Assembly (NCBI GenBank): GCA_963807125.1
Contig: CAWEAH010000006.1
Span: forward strand, 498,921 to 562,920
Direction: 5' to 3'
From: an uncultured Alphaproteobacteria bacterium
Lineage (GTDB): Bacteria > Pseudomonadota > Alphaproteobacteria > Rhizobiales > Xanthobacteraceae
DNA length: 64,000 nt
Below the pieces are notes generated by a model. It had not been told where the DNA came from, did not search any database, and saw nothing but the letters and a program-made list of their open reading frames with translations. A program made the translations under genes and the position numbers. Positions within the stretch are counted from its first letter, which is position 1. Each line of letters starts with the position of its first letter. Shown here one piece after another: positions 50,473 through 61,113 of the stretch.

Positions 50473-51006
50473 GTGAATAACAAAATCCGAGCCCTCGACC
50501 CACGCCGTAAGCCCGCCCCCGCCCTGGATACGCCGACCGATTTATCCGAAGCCGCGATCCGCGATATATCCGCCAAGGTGAACGTGGTGCTCGCCGACGT
50601 TTTCGCGCTGTATCTCAAGACCAAGAATTTCCACTGGCATATGAGCGGTCCGCATTTCCGCGATTATCACCTGATGCTCGACGAGCAATCCGAGCAGATT
50701 TTTGCCACGACCGATGACCTTGCCGAGCGGGTGCGCAAGATCGGCGGCACCACGCTGCGCTCGATCGGCCAGATCGCCGAGCTGCAGACCATCAAGGACA
50801 ATGACGAGAAATTCGTGCCGGCCCACGATATGTTGCACGAATTGATGAACGACAATAAGTCGCTGGTTGCGTTGATGCGCGACGCGCACGAGGTCGCCGA
50901 CAAGCATGAGGACGTCGCCACCACGAGCCTGTTGGAGAATTTCATCGATCAGGCCGAACGGCGGACCTGGTTCCTGTTCGAAGCGACGCGCGGCGCGCAG
51001 CGATAG
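50473..51006 (+). CDS. dps: DNA starvation/stationary-phase protection protein Dps
   Basis: GTG start with a GAGGTG Shine-Dalgarno sequence. LADVFALYLKTKNFHWHMSGPHFRDYHLMLDEQ...DQAERRTWFL. Confidence 0.85.
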   Translation: MNNKIRALDPRRKPAPALDTPTDLSEAAIRDISAKVNVVLADVFALYLKTKNFHWHMSGPHFRDYHLMLDEQSEQIFATTDDLAERVRKIGGTTLRSIGQIAELQTIKDNDEKFVPAHDMLHELMNDNKSLVALMRDAHEVADKHEDVATTSLLENFIDQAERRTWFLFEATRGAQR

Positions 51007-51035
51007 TTCGTTTCGTCCGTTTACGAGGCGTCATG

Positions 51036-51071
51036 ACGAGGCGGCTTCCACCGGAGCCGCCTCGTTTCGTT
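51036..51071 (+). terminator. Rho-independent terminator after dps
   Basis: ACGAGGCGGCT, loop TCCACCGG, AGCCGCCTCGT, then TTCGTT. Confidence 0.6.
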
Positions 51072-51124
51072 GGCAACGGCGTTCGGTGCTATAGGGACCG
51101 GTCGATAAAGATCGGAACCTTGTC

Positions 51125-51961
51125 ATGACGCCTTCCCGCGACATCGGCCGCCTCGTTGAGATCATGGCGGCGTTACGCACGCCAGTCACAGGATGCCCGT
51201 GGGATCTGGCGCAGGATTTTTCGACCATTGCCCCCTACACGCTCGAGGAAGCCTACGAAGTCGCCGACGCGATTGCGCGCGGCGACATGACCGATCTGCG
51301 CGAGGAATTGGGCGATCTGCTGCTCCAAGTCGTCTTTCATGCGCGCATGGCGCAGGAGAATGGCGCGTTCGATTTCGGCGACGTGGTGCAAGCCATCACC
51401 GAAAAGCTGATCCGCCGCCATCCGCACGTATTCGGTCGAGACTCTTCCAGTCAACGCAAGGATACGCCACATGCCGTCGAAGGCTTGTGGGAGCGGATCA
51501 AGGCGCAGGAGAAAAAAGACAAAACAGAGCGACGGCAGAAAGCCGCCGGGGAGCCGGACCACGAAGGCGCGCTCGCCGGAGTGCCGGTGACGTTGCCTGC
51601 CCTCACCCGCGCGCTCAAATTACAGGCCAAGGCCGGCAAAGTCGGCTTCGATTGGAACGATCCGCGGGCGGTCTTGCGCAAGATCCGCGAGGAAGCCGAT
51701 GAGATCGAGGTCGAGCTTGATCGCGCCGCGCGCGATGAAGCGGCCACCGCCGCCGAGGTCGGCGATCTGTTGTTCGCGGTCGTCAACCTGGCGCGGCATT
51801 TGCGTGCCGATCCCGAAGCGGTGCTGCGGCAAACGAACCGCAAATTTGAACGCCGCTTCGCCGCAATCGAACGGGCTTTAGGCGACAAAGGCAAAACGCC
51901 CGCTGAGGCCACGCTCGCCGAAATGGAAGCGCTGTGGAACGAAGCGAAGAAGGCCGAGTAG
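51125..51961 (+). CDS. mazG: Nucleoside triphosphate pyrophosphohydrolase MazG
   Basis: GCPWDLAQDFSTIAPYTLEEAYEVADAI...ELGDLLLQVVFHA...RRHPHVFG, with a second MazG repeat. Confidence 0.85.
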   Translation: MTPSRDIGRLVEIMAALRTPVTGCPWDLAQDFSTIAPYTLEEAYEVADAIARGDMTDLREELGDLLLQVVFHARMAQENGAFDFGDVVQAITEKLIRRHPHVFGRDSSSQRKDTPHAVEGLWERIKAQEKKDKTERRQKAAGEPDHEGALAGVPVTLPALTRALKLQAKAGKVGFDWNDPRAVLRKIREEADEIEVELDRAARDEAATAAEVGDLLFAVVNLARHLRADPEAVLRQTNRKFERRFAAIERALGDKGKTPAEATLAEMEALWNEAKKAE

Positions 51962-51975
51962 AGGCTTCCTTCCCC

Positions 51976-53364
51976 TCACCCGCCTGGCGATCTAGGAATT
52001 GCAAACCGCGCCCGCACCGCCTGCGCTTTGTCCGGCGCGACGCGCACAGTCATGGCGGCGCGGCCTTTGGCGTCGAAGGTCTTGGCGATGACTTCGGTGT
52101 GACGATGCAGCCAGCTCACGCCGGCGCCGTCAGCCGGATCGAGCTCGAGCTCGATGAGGACGCGGCCGGCGGCAAGCCGCGCTTCGATGGCCGCGTTGAG
52201 CCTATCGATGCCTTCGCCGCTCAGTGCTGACACCAGGACCGGGCGCTCCGCCTCGTCGTGCCGCTCCGCAATGTTGGCGAGCCGCTCGCGCTCGGCGGTA
52301 TCGACGCGGTCGATCTTGTTCCAGACTTCGATCAGGCTCGGCTTGCCGGTGCGCTCCGGATCGACTCCGAGCTCGCGCAGGATTTTCTCGACGTCATGCA
52401 ATTGCGCCGCGGCGTCCTCGTGCGACACGTCGCGCACATGCAGGATCACGTCGGCTTCCACGACTTCTTCCAGCGTGGCGCGGAAGGCCGCGATCAGCAT
52501 GGTCGGCAAGTCGGAGATGAAGCCGACGGTGTCGGAGAGGATGATGCGCGCGCCATGCGGCAGCGCCACCGCGCGCAGCGTCGGATCGAGCGTTGCGAAC
52601 AGCATATCGGCGGACAGCACGCTGGCCGTCGTCATGCGGTTGAACAGCGTCGATTTGCCGGCATTGGTGTAGCCCACCAAGGCGACAATCGGATAAGGCA
52701 CCCGGCGGCGGCTCTCGCGATGCAGCGCGCGGGTACGCTTGACCTTGTCGAGTTCGCCTTCGATTTTGGCAAGGCGCTCCTCGATGATGCGACGATCGGC
52801 TTCGAGCTGCGTCTCACCAGGCCCGCCGAGGAAGCCGAAGCCGCCGCGCTGGCGCTCGAGATGGGTCCAGGTTCGCACCAGCCTGCCCTTCTGATAGGTC
52901 AGGTGCGCATGCTCGACCTGCAGCGCGCCTTCGCGCGTGCGCGCGCGCCGGCCGAAGATTTCGAGAATGAGACTGGTGCGGTCGAGCACCTTGGCGCTCC
53001 AGGCCTTTTCCAGATTGCGCTGCTGCACCGGCGTGAGCGCGCAGTCCATCACCACGATGCCGGCTTCGAAACTTTTGACGAGGCCGGCAATCTCCTCGAC
53101 CTTGCCCTTGCTGAGATAGGTTGCCGGATGCAGCGCGCGCAGCGGCACGATGCCGGATTGCTCGACGCTCAGATCGATGGCGCGCGCGAGCCCGATCGCC
53201 TCGTCGAGCTTGGCCTCTGCCGTTCGCTCGGCGCTGTCCGCGCGAGCGGCGGCGCGCCGCAGCGCCGGCTCAATAACCAGCGCGCGTCCGGTCGCTGCGC
53301 GGCCGTCCGCTGAGCCTTTCGAACTCAACCGGTCGGTGCGCGTGTCGCGAGGGCGCGGCTCCAA
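51976..53364 (-). CDS. hflX: GTPase HflX
   Basis: ALTPVQQRNLE..., GGPGETQLE, G1 motif LVGYTNAGKSTLFN and DTVGFI. Apparent TTG start. Confidence 0.9.
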   Translation of the reverse strand: MEPRPRDTRTDRLSSKGSADGRAATGRALVIEPALRRAAARADSAERTAEAKLDEAIGLARAIDLSVEQSGIVPLRALHPATYLSKGKVEEIAGLVKSFEAGIVVMDCALTPVQQRNLEKAWSAKVLDRTSLILEIFGRRARTREGALQVEHAHLTYQKGRLVRTWTHLERQRGGFGFLGGPGETQLEADRRIIEERLAKIEGELDKVKRTRALHRESRRRVPYPIVALVGYTNAGKSTLFNRMTTASVLSADMLFATLDPTLRAVALPHGARIILSDTVGFISDLPTMLIAAFRATLEEVVEADVILHVRDVSHEDAAAQLHDVEKILRELGVDPERTGKPSLIEVWNKIDRVDTAERERLANIAERHDEAERPVLVSALSGEGIDRLNAAIEARLAAGRVLIELELDPADGAGVSWLHRHTEVIAKTFDAKGRAAMTVRVAPDKAQAVRARFAIPRSPGG

Positions 53365-53370
53365 TAAACT

Positions 53371-53625
53371 CTAGTCCCCGGCCGGCGGTTCTTCGGCGCC
53401 TTCGAAGAGCTGGACCGGATGCCCCGGCATGATGGTCGAAATCGCGTGCTTATAGACGAGCTGCGAATGCCCGTCGCGACGCAACAGCACGCAGAAATTA
53501 TCGAACCAGGTGACCACGCCCTGCAGCTTGACGCCGTTCACCAGAAAGATGGTAAGCGGAATTTTGTTTTTGCGGACGTGATTGAGGAAGGTGTCTTGTA
53601 GATTTTGTGCGCGGTCGGCTGCCAT
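53371..53625 (-). CDS. hfq: RNA chaperone Hfq
   Basis: [60 protein letters not shown]. Confidence 0.95.
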   Translation of the reverse strand: MAADRAQNLQDTFLNHVRKNKIPLTIFLVNGVKLQGVVTWFDNFCVLLRRDGHSQLVYKHAISTIMPGHPVQLFEGAEEPPAGD

Positions 53626-53836
53626 GGCCGTTGTTCCGTTCTTTGTACCGCGGGCCCCTGCCCCGCGGGTCGTTTCTTAACGCCTTGTCTTGGCGCCTGT
53701 TTTCGCCCTGAACGCGCAATGGAGCCCCGTCACCCAGAGCCCGCCCAAGGTTCTGTCATTAGAGGGCGCGGCGGGGGCCGATGCAAGCCCAAGTTGGAGG
53801 TAAAACGCGAATCAAGGAGGATATGCCGCGACCCGT

Positions 53837-54694
53837 TCAGCCGGTTTCCGCGTAGCGGTGAAATGCTTGCCGCAGCGCTTTGGCGACCGGTCCCGGCTTG
53901 CCGTCGCCGATTGTATGGCCGTCGATGCTCACGACCGGCATCACGATCTGGGTGGCCGAGGTTTCGAACGCTTCGCGCGCAGCATAGGCCTCTTGCAGGG
54001 TGAACGCGCGCTCCTCTGCGGCCAGGCCCTGGGCTTTGACGGCCTCGAATGTGACGCTACGCGTAATGCCGCGCAAGATGGCGTGGTCGGCATGCCGCGT
54101 GACGAGCGCCCCACCGGGCGTGACGATCCAGGCATTGGCGGAGGCGGCCTCGGTGACCTTGCCATCTTTGTCGACGAACCAGGCGTCACGCGCGCCCTGG
54201 TCGAGCGCGGCCTGCCGCGCCAGCGCGTTGGGCAACAGCCCGACCGTCTTGATGTCGACGCGTCCCCAGCGATTGTCCGGCACGCTGATGACGGCAATAC
54301 CCTTCTCCGCCAGCGTCTCGTTGCGCGCCCTATTGAGCGGCCGCGCCGTTGCCACGACCGTCGGCGCGATTTGCGGCGAGGGAAACGCTAAATCACGCCG
54401 CGCCACGCCGCGGCTGATCTGCACATAGACCAGGCCGTAGTCGAGCCGGTTTCGCCGTATGAGTTCGCGCAGCACGATGCCGAGCGCGGAGAGCGTCATC
54501 GGCAACCGCAGGCGCAGCTCACTCAGCGAGCGTTCCAGTCGCGCCATATGGCGGCGCTCGTCGATGAGGCGGCCTCCCCTCACCTCGCAGACCTCGTAAG
54601 CCGCGTCGGCGAACTGAAAGCCGCGATCCTCGACGTGGACCTTGGCGTCGCGAAACGGAAGATAGCGGCCGTTGACGTAGGCGATGCGGGACAT
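53837..54694 (-). CDS. Class IV aminotransferase (D-amino-acid transaminase-like)
   Basis: AYVNGRYLPFRDAKVHVEDRGFQFADAAYEV...RHMARLERS.... Confidence 0.75.
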   Translation of the reverse strand: MSRIAYVNGRYLPFRDAKVHVEDRGFQFADAAYEVCEVRGGRLIDERRHMARLERSLSELRLRLPMTLSALGIVLRELIRRNRLDYGLVYVQISRGVARRDLAFPSPQIAPTVVATARPLNRARNETLAEKGIAVISVPDNRWGRVDIKTVGLLPNALARQAALDQGARDAWFVDKDGKVTEAASANAWIVTPGGALVTRHADHAILRGITRSVTFEAVKAQGLAAEERAFTLQEAYAAREAFETSATQIVMPVVSIDGHTIGDGKPGPVAKALRQAFHRYAETG

Positions 54695-54708
54695 CGGGTC
54701 TCAGGGGA

Positions 54709-56079
54709 TCAGTCGATCCCCAATGCTTTCAGCTTGCGATGCAGCGCCGAGCGTTCCATGCCGACGAATTCGGCGGTGCGCGAGATATTGTTGCCGAAGC
54801 GGTTGATCTGCGCCAACAGATATTCGCGCTCGAACACTTCGCGGGCTTCGCGCAGCGCCAAACTCATCAGGTGCTCGCCGCCATTGCCGTTCGGCATGTT
54901 CGGAATCATCGAACCGACGTCTTGCGGCAGCATGGAGGCGGTAATCACCGCCTCCGGATCGCCGCCGGCGAGAATCATGAGCCGCTCGACATTGTTGCGC
55001 AACTGCCGGACGTTACCGGGCCAATCATGCGATTGCAGCACGGCCAGCGCGTCGGCGCCGACGTTGCGCTTGGGCAGCCCGGTGGTCGCCGAAATCTGCG
55101 ACATGAAATATTCGACCAGTTCCGGAATGTCCTCGCGACGCTCGGCAAGGCCGGGGACGCGGATCGGCACCACCGAAAGCCGATGATAGAGATCCTCGCG
55201 GAACTTGCCCGCCGCGATGTCGGCTTCGATGTTGCGGCTGGTCGAGGAGACGATGCGGACGTCGACCGTAACCTTCGTCGCGCCGCCGACCCGCTGGAAC
55301 GTCTGATCGACGAGAACGCGCAGGATTTTATTTTGCGTCTCGCGCGGCATGTCGGCGATCTCGTCGATGAACAGCGTGCCGCCATGCGCCTCCTCGAGCG
55401 CGCCGACTTTGCGGCTCGACGTGCCGTTGCCGCCTTCGATGCCGAACAGCTCGGTTTCCATGTATTCGGGCGTGATCGCGGCGGCATTGATCACCACGAA
55501 CGGACCGTTGACGCGTCCGGAATGGCTGTGGATGGTGCGCGCCGCCAGTTCCTTGCCGCTGCCGGACGGTCCGACGATGAGCACGCGACTATTGGTCGGC
55601 GCCACTTTTTCGATCGTCTGCCGCAACTGGTTCACCGAGGGCGAGCGGCCGACCAGCATCGCGCCGAGCGGTGCAAGCTGCTTGAGTTGCCGCACTTCGC
55701 GCTTGAGCCTCGAATTCTCCAGCGCACGCTCGGCGACCAGCAGTAACCGGTCGGCCTTGAACGGCTTTTCGATAAAGTCATAGGCGCCGCGTTTGATGGC
55801 CGAGACGGCCGTCTCGATATTGCCGTGTCCGGAAATCATCACGATCGGCAGTTCGGCATGCTCGGCTTTGAGGCTGTCGAGCAACTGCAGGCCGTCGAGC
55901 CGGCTGCCTTGCAGCCAGATGTCGAGGAACACCAGATTGGGACGCCGCGCGACGACGGCGGCGAGCGCCTCGTCGCTGTCGCGCGCCGTGCGGGTGCCGT
56001 GGCCTTCGTCCTGCAGGATGCCTGCGACCAGTTCCCGGATATCGGTTTCGTCGTCGACAATGAGGATATCGGACGCCAT
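54709..56079 (-). CDS. ntrX: Sigma-54-dependent response regulator NtrX
   Basis: Receiver domain ILIVDDE...DIWL, AAA+ motifs GPSGSGKE and GAFTG-like, and a C-terminal HTH. Position after ntrY supports the call. Confidence 0.85.
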   Translation of the reverse strand: MASDILIVDDETDIRELVAGILQDEGHGTRTARDSDEALAAVVARRPNLVFLDIWLQGSRLDGLQLLDSLKAEHAELPIVMISGHGNIETAVSAIKRGAYDFIEKPFKADRLLLVAERALENSRLKREVRQLKQLAPLGAMLVGRSPSVNQLRQTIEKVAPTNSRVLIVGPSGSGKELAARTIHSHSGRVNGPFVVINAAAITPEYMETELFGIEGGNGTSSRKVGALEEAHGGTLFIDEIADMPRETQNKILRVLVDQTFQRVGGATKVTVDVRIVSSTSRNIEADIAAGKFREDLYHRLSVVPIRVPGLAERREDIPELVEYFMSQISATTGLPKRNVGADALAVLQSHDWPGNVRQLRNNVERLMILAGGDPEAVITASMLPQDVGSMIPNMPNGNGGEHLMSLALREAREVFEREYLLAQINRFGNNISRTAEFVGMERSALHRKLKALGID

Positions 56080-56081
56080 GG

Positions 56082-58367
56082 CTATACCGTTGGCTGATAA
56101 GCTGCGGCCGTCTGGGCGGAGGGTGCCAGCGGCTCGGCGCTAAAACGCAGTTGCATCCAGGCGCCGCGCGCGCCCGGGATCTTGTCGGAGGCGTCCCGCA
56201 ATTCGAGCTTGCCGCCATGCTCTTCGAGGATGCGGCCGACGATGGCGAGGCCTAGACCGGTCCCTTTTTCGCGGGTGGTCACGTACGGCTCGAGCAGCCG
56301 GGCGCGATTTTCCTTTGGCAGGCCGATGCCGTTATCGACCACGTCGATGACGATATCCTTGCCGTCGCGTTGCGCGCTGACGATGATGCGGCCGCGGTCG
56401 AGTTCTGCCGCCGGCACTGCGCCGATCGCCTCGGCGGCGTTCTTAATGATGTTGGTCAAGCCTTGCGATATCAGCCGGCGATCGAAGCGCGCCGACATGC
56501 TCTCCGCCGGCAACTGAACCTCGAAATCGATGTCAGGGTGCGCGACGCGCAACAGGAAAACCACCTGGCGCACCGTGTCGGCGATGTCTTCGTCGACGAT
56601 GACCGCCTTCGGCATGCGGGCAAAGCGCGAGAACTCGTCCACCATGCGCTTGATGTCGTCGACCTGACGCACGATCGTTTCCGTGCATTGCTCGAAAACG
56701 GCGGGATCCTCGGTGATCGATTTGCCGTATTTGCGCCGCAGCCGTTCGGCCGACAGTTGAATCGGCGTGAGCGGATTCTTGATCTCGTGGGCGATGCGGC
56801 GGGCGATGTCGGCCCAAGCCGAAGAGCGCTGCGCCTGCACTAGCTCGGTGATGTCGTCGACCGTGATGACATAGCCGTGCTCGGATTCGCTGGACTGTTC
56901 GCTGGTCACGCGTACCGAGTAGTTGCGTTCCTGACCTTCGCGCGTCAGCGTGATCTGCCGCTGGATGAGACGCTGATTGCCGCCGCGCGCGGTCGCAAAA
57001 ATATCGGCGAGTTCGGGCACGATCTCGGCCAACGGGCGGCCGAGCACATCGTTCTCGAGCCGGCCGATGAGCCGTTCCGCGGAACGATTGAGAATGGAGA
57101 TCCGGCCGTCCGCATTGACGCCGATGACGCCGGCGCTGGCTCCGGCCAGCACGGCTTCGGTAAACCGCCGGCGGCTGTCGATGACGTCGCGGGCGCGCAC
57201 AATGTCTTCGTGCTGGGTGCGCAGCTCATGGGTCATCTTATTGAAGGTCTCGCCGAGATGCGCGAGGTCGCCTTCCGAGGGGCGTACCGGAACCTGAATG
57301 TTGAGATTTCCGGTGGAGACCAAGTTGGCGGCGCCGATCAAGCGGCGGATCGGCGCCACCAGCCGATTGGCGAAATCCAAGCCGATCCATGCGGAAGACA
57401 ACAGCACGATCAGTGCGATGATCGCGAACATCAGCGCGAAGGCGATCTGGATGCCAAGCCGCCGCTCCTCGAGATTGGCGTATTCGCCGACGCTCTGCTG
57501 GGTATTGCGCAGTTGCTGCACGACCCGCGGATCGAGCAGCCGGGCAACATAGAGATACATGCCGTCGTAACCGTTGAGCTTGACCACTGACGCCACGTTG
57601 TCGCCTTCGGGAATGAACGCGACCTGCGGCTCGGTCTCGCTGGTCTCGGCAAGAAGCCGCGGCGACGGCAGCACGAATCTTTTGTCTATCTTCATGGCGG
57701 CCGGTTCGACAAGCGAGCCATCGGGCTTGAGGAGGAGCGCCACGGAGAGATTGCGTCCGCTGCTCTGTGCGGCGAGTAACTTGCGGAATTGATCGCGGTC
57801 GGAATCGAAGAGCGGCTTGGCGCGCCCAAGGTCGTAAGCCATCGCCAGGTCCTCGCTGCGGACGGAGGCGGCATGTTCGGTCACGTATGCATTGGCGACG
57901 ATCAGCGATTGCTCGATCATGGCGCGCGTGCGCGTTGAGAAGAAACGGTCGAGTCCGCGATCGAGCGTGGTCGAGGCGACGACCGAGACGAGAACCGTCG
58001 GCACCGCGGCTATGACCGCGAACAGACCGACGATTTGAATGTGAAGCCGCGAACCGGCGCGGCCGCGGCGGCGCGCCTGGATGACCACCCACACTTCGCG
58101 GCCGATGACGGTAAGCAACAACAGGCCGGTTACGGCATTGCCGAGAAGCAGCCGCACCACCACCTGGTGGACCGGCTCAATGGGGGTTAAGCCCGCGAGC
58201 ACCAGGAATGTGGCGGTCGCCGACAGGAGCGCGATGCCGACGGCAACCGCCCCGATCAGCCGTGAGGCGACAGGCATCGGCGCCGTTGCGCTCCCCGGAT
58301 CAACGGTGGCAGCGGGCATCTGGGTGGCCGCGGAATTGAGCGGCGCGACCTGGTCAATGGTCGTCAT
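56082..58367 (-). CDS. ntrY: Sensor histidine kinase NtrY
   Basis: N-terminal TM helices, HAMP and PAS domains, H-box [16 protein letters not shown], and an ATPase domain with VVDNGIGLP...GTGLGLAIV. Confidence 0.85.
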   Translation of the reverse strand: MTTIDQVAPLNSAATQMPAATVDPGSATAPMPVASRLIGAVAVGIALLSATATFLVLAGLTPIEPVHQVVVRLLLGNAVTGLLLLTVIGREVWVVIQARRRGRAGSRLHIQIVGLFAVIAAVPTVLVSVVASTTLDRGLDRFFSTRTRAMIEQSLIVANAYVTEHAASVRSEDLAMAYDLGRAKPLFDSDRDQFRKLLAAQSSGRNLSVALLLKPDGSLVEPAAMKIDKRFVLPSPRLLAETSETEPQVAFIPEGDNVASVVKLNGYDGMYLYVARLLDPRVVQQLRNTQQSVGEYANLEERRLGIQIAFALMFAIIALIVLLSSAWIGLDFANRLVAPIRRLIGAANLVSTGNLNIQVPVRPSEGDLAHLGETFNKMTHELRTQHEDIVRARDVIDSRRRFTEAVLAGASAGVIGVNADGRISILNRSAERLIGRLENDVLGRPLAEIVPELADIFATARGGNQRLIQRQITLTREGQERNYSVRVTSEQSSESEHGYVITVDDITELVQAQRSSAWADIARRIAHEIKNPLTPIQLSAERLRRKYGKSITEDPAVFEQCTETIVRQVDDIKRMVDEFSRFARMPKAVIVDEDIADTVRQVVFLLRVAHPDIDFEVQLPAESMSARFDRRLISQGLTNIIKNAAEAIGAVPAAELDRGRIIVSAQRDGKDIVIDVVDNGIGLPKENRARLLEPYVTTREKGTGLGLAIVGRILEEHGGKLELRDASDKIPGARGAWMQLRFSAEPLAPSAQTAAAYQPTV

Positions 58368-58516
58368 ATTGGCTCGGCCGGCGTTCCAAGCGTTGATTTA
58401 AAAGAAGAATCTGGACGGATGGACTACGGCCGCCCGCCCCAAGCGAAGCATCAAGTGATGCTAATTTACAACATTGTTGCCCAATTGCGACAATAACTAG
58501 GCGACCATAGCTACCG

Positions 58517-59962
58517 TCATCCACTGGTCCGGTAGACTTGGATGTCGAGGTCTCGGATTTTTTTTCGCAGCGTATTGCGGTTGACCCCGAGCAGGTCGGC
58601 AGCCCTGATTTGATTGCCGCGGGTTGCCGTTAATGCTGCGGATAGCAGCGGCCCTTCGACTTCGCGCAAAATCCGGTGGTAAAGGCCGGGTGGCGGCAGG
58701 CCATCGTCGAATCCGGAGAAATAGCGGGTGAGGTAGCGCTCCACCGCGCTCGAAAGATTCTCGTCGCCTCCTTTGGTCTCGCCTGGTGCGGCCAGCACCG
58801 GCTGCGACAGTTCGGCATCGACGACGGCGGCCGTGATCGTTTCCTGCGGATAAAGCGCCGCCAGCCGTCGCGCAAGGTTCTCCAATTCGCGCACATTGCC
58901 CGGCCAGCGATGACGCTTGAGTCGATCGAGCGCGGCTTGATCGATCTGCTTCGGCGGCAATCCTTCCCGCTCGACCACCGTGAAAAAGTGGCGGATCAGA
59001 TCGGGAATATCCTCTGTGCGCTCGCGCAACGGCGGGAGCCGCAATGGGACCACGTTGAGCCGGAAGAATAAGTCTTCGCGAAACAGTCCCTGCTGAATGA
59101 GCTGGCGCAGGTCCTTGTTGGTCGCCGCGATGATGCGCACGTCCGTCTTGATCGGGGTGCGGCCGCCGACCGTCGTGTATTCGCCCTGTTGCAGCACACG
59201 TAACAGCCGAGTTTGCGCTTCCATCGGCATGTCGCCGATCTCGTCGAGAAACAGCGTGCCGCCTTCGGCCTGCTCGAAGCGGCCGGAGCTGCGGGTATTG
59301 GCGCCGGTGAAGGCGCCTTTCTCGTGGCCGAATAGCTCCAACTCGATCAGGTCGCGCGGTATGGCGGCCATATTGATCGCCACGAATGGTCCGTTGCGGC
59401 GCTTGCCGTAGTCGTGCAGCGCTCGCGCCACGAGTTCCTTGCCGGTGCCCGATTCCCCCGAAATCATGACCGTCAGGTCGGTCTGCATCAGGCGCGCCAG
59501 GACGCGATAGATTTCCTGCATCGCCGGCGAGCGGCCGACCAGCGGGATGGATTCGAAATCCTCGATCTTGGCCGGCGGCCGCGCTTTTTCCTTTGGCTCC
59601 GACAGAGCACGACCGACAATCGCGGTGAGTTCCTTGAGGTCGAATGGTTTCGGCAGGTATTCATAAGCGCCGCGCTCCGACGCGCGAATGGCGGTCATGA
59701 ATGTATTCTGTGCGCTCATGACGATGATCGGCAGATCCGGCCGCGTCTTTTTGATCCGCGGCAACAGATCGAACGCGCTTTCGTCGGGCAACAACACGTC
59801 GGTGATGACGAGATCGCCGTCCCCCTGACTGATCCACCGCCACAATGTGGCGGCATTTCCGGTCGAGCGGACCTCGTAACCGGCGCGCGAGAGCGCCTGA
59901 TTGAGCACCGTCCAAATCGCCGCATCATCGTCGGCGACGAGAATGCTTCCCGCGGGCATCAA
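58517..59962 (-). CDS. ntrC: Nitrogen regulation response regulator NtrC (NR-I)
   Basis: ILVADDD receiver, [14 protein letters not shown], the [14 protein letters not shown] region, and a C-terminal FIS-type HTH. Confidence 0.9.
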   Translation of the reverse strand: MMPAGSILVADDDAAIWTVLNQALSRAGYEVRSTGNAATLWRWISQGDGDLVITDVLLPDESAFDLLPRIKKTRPDLPIIVMSAQNTFMTAIRASERGAYEYLPKPFDLKELTAIVGRALSEPKEKARPPAKIEDFESIPLVGRSPAMQEIYRVLARLMQTDLTVMISGESGTGKELVARALHDYGKRRNGPFVAINMAAIPRDLIELELFGHEKGAFTGANTRSSGRFEQAEGGTLFLDEIGDMPMEAQTRLLRVLQQGEYTTVGGRTPIKTDVRIIAATNKDLRQLIQQGLFREDLFFRLNVVPLRLPPLRERTEDIPDLIRHFFTVVEREGLPPKQIDQAALDRLKRHRWPGNVRELENLARRLAALYPQETITAAVVDAELSQPVLAAPGETKGGDENLSSAVERYLTRYFSGFDDGLPPPGLYHRILREVEGPLLSAALTATRGNQIRAADLLGVNRNTLRKKIRDLDIQVYRTSG

Positions 59963-61113
59963 TGATTCCCTTGTGCTTGAACGACTCCGTCCGGCTCGGC
60001 CCCCTCACCGCTTTGCGTGGCGGCGTATTTCGGCATGAGTATGCGAAAGATGGTGCGGCGCGGCTGCAACTCGCATTCGATAATCCCGCCGTGGTCGCCG
60101 ATGATCTTGGCGACCAGAGCCAAGCCGAGGCCCGATCCCGACGTCTTGGTGGTGACGAACGGATCGAACAAATGCGGCATCAGTTCTTCCGGCACTCCGG
60201 GACCGTTGTCGCGCACGCAGAATTCGAGCGGCAATGCAACGCGCGCGTTGGCGCCGGGCAGCGACAATCGCACCCCGGGACGAAACGCCGTGGTCAGGGC
60301 AATTTCGCCGCCGGTGGTGTTTTCGCCGATCGCTTCGGCTGCGTTTTTGATCAGGTTCAAAAACACCTGAATGAGCTGATCGCGGTTCCCCAGCACCGAA
60401 GGCAGCGACGGGTCGTAATCCTCGATGAATTTGATGTGCCGGGCAAAGCCGGATTGCGCCAGCCGTTTCACATGTTCAAGAACGACATGAATATTGATCG
60501 GTTCGCGTTCAATCGGACGCTCGTCGGTGAACACTTCCATGCGGTCGACCAGTTTGACGATGCGGTCGGCTTCATCGCAAATGAGCCGGGTCAGCGAGCG
60601 GTCGTCGTCGTTTACCGATTGCTCCAATAGCTGCGCCGCGCCGCGTATCCCGGACAGCGGATTCTTGATTTCATGGGCCAGCATGGCGGCGAGCGCGATG
60701 ACCGAACGAGCGGCGCCGCGATGGGTGAGCTGGCGGTCCATCTTGTCGGCGATGCTGCGCTCCTGGAGCATCACCACGACATAGTCGGCTTGCTCCGGCA
60801 GCGGCGCGACGTGCAAATCGACCAGGCGATCGCCCGGATTGCGCGGCGTGCCGAGATCGACCTTGTATTCGTTGACTGCGGCGCCGCGCTTGCGCACCTG
60901 CTCGATCAGCGTCAGCAAAGGACTGCCGAACGGTACCAGATCGCGCAGCAAATGGCGCCGCAACAGCAGCGCCGAAACCTCGAAAAAGGATTCCGCGGCC
61001 ACGTTGGCGTCGACTACTTTGCCGTCGGCGGCGACCACGATGACGGGATGAGGCAGCGCATTGAGCACCGCATCGGCGGTCCACGTCGGCGACAATGGCT
61101 CGACCGCGCTCAT
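59959..61113 (-). CDS. ntrB: Nitrogen regulation sensor histidine kinase NtrB (NR-II)
   Basis: PAS domain, H-box [20 protein letters not shown], and DNGPGVP...GSGLGLALV. The ATG at 61113 overlaps the dusB stop. Confidence 0.85.
   Translation of the reverse strand: MSAVEPLSPTWTADAVLNALPHPVIVVAADGKVVDANVAAESFFEVSALLLRRHLLRDLVPFGSPLLTLIEQVRKRGAAVNEYKVDLGTPRNPGDRLVDLHVAPLPEQADYVVVMLQERSIADKMDRQLTHRGAARSVIALAAMLAHEIKNPLSGIRGAAQLLEQSVNDDDRSLTRLICDEADRIVKLVDRMEVFTDERPIEREPINIHVVLEHVKRLAQSGFARHIKFIEDYDPSLPSVLGNRDQLIQVFLNLIKNAAEAIGENTTGGEIALTTAFRPGVRLSLPGANARVALPLEFCVRDNGPGVPEELMPHLFDPFVTTKTSGSGLGLALVAKIIGDHGGIIECELQPRRTIFRILMPKYAATQSGEGAEPDGVVQAQGNH

Noticed and set aside
58368-58516. Near-palindrome TTGTTGCCCAATTGCGACAA between ntrC and ntrY, as a candidate sigma-54 or NtrC site
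   Set aside because: It does not fit TGGCAC-N5-TTGC, and I cannot support an NtrC consensus from the sequence alone.
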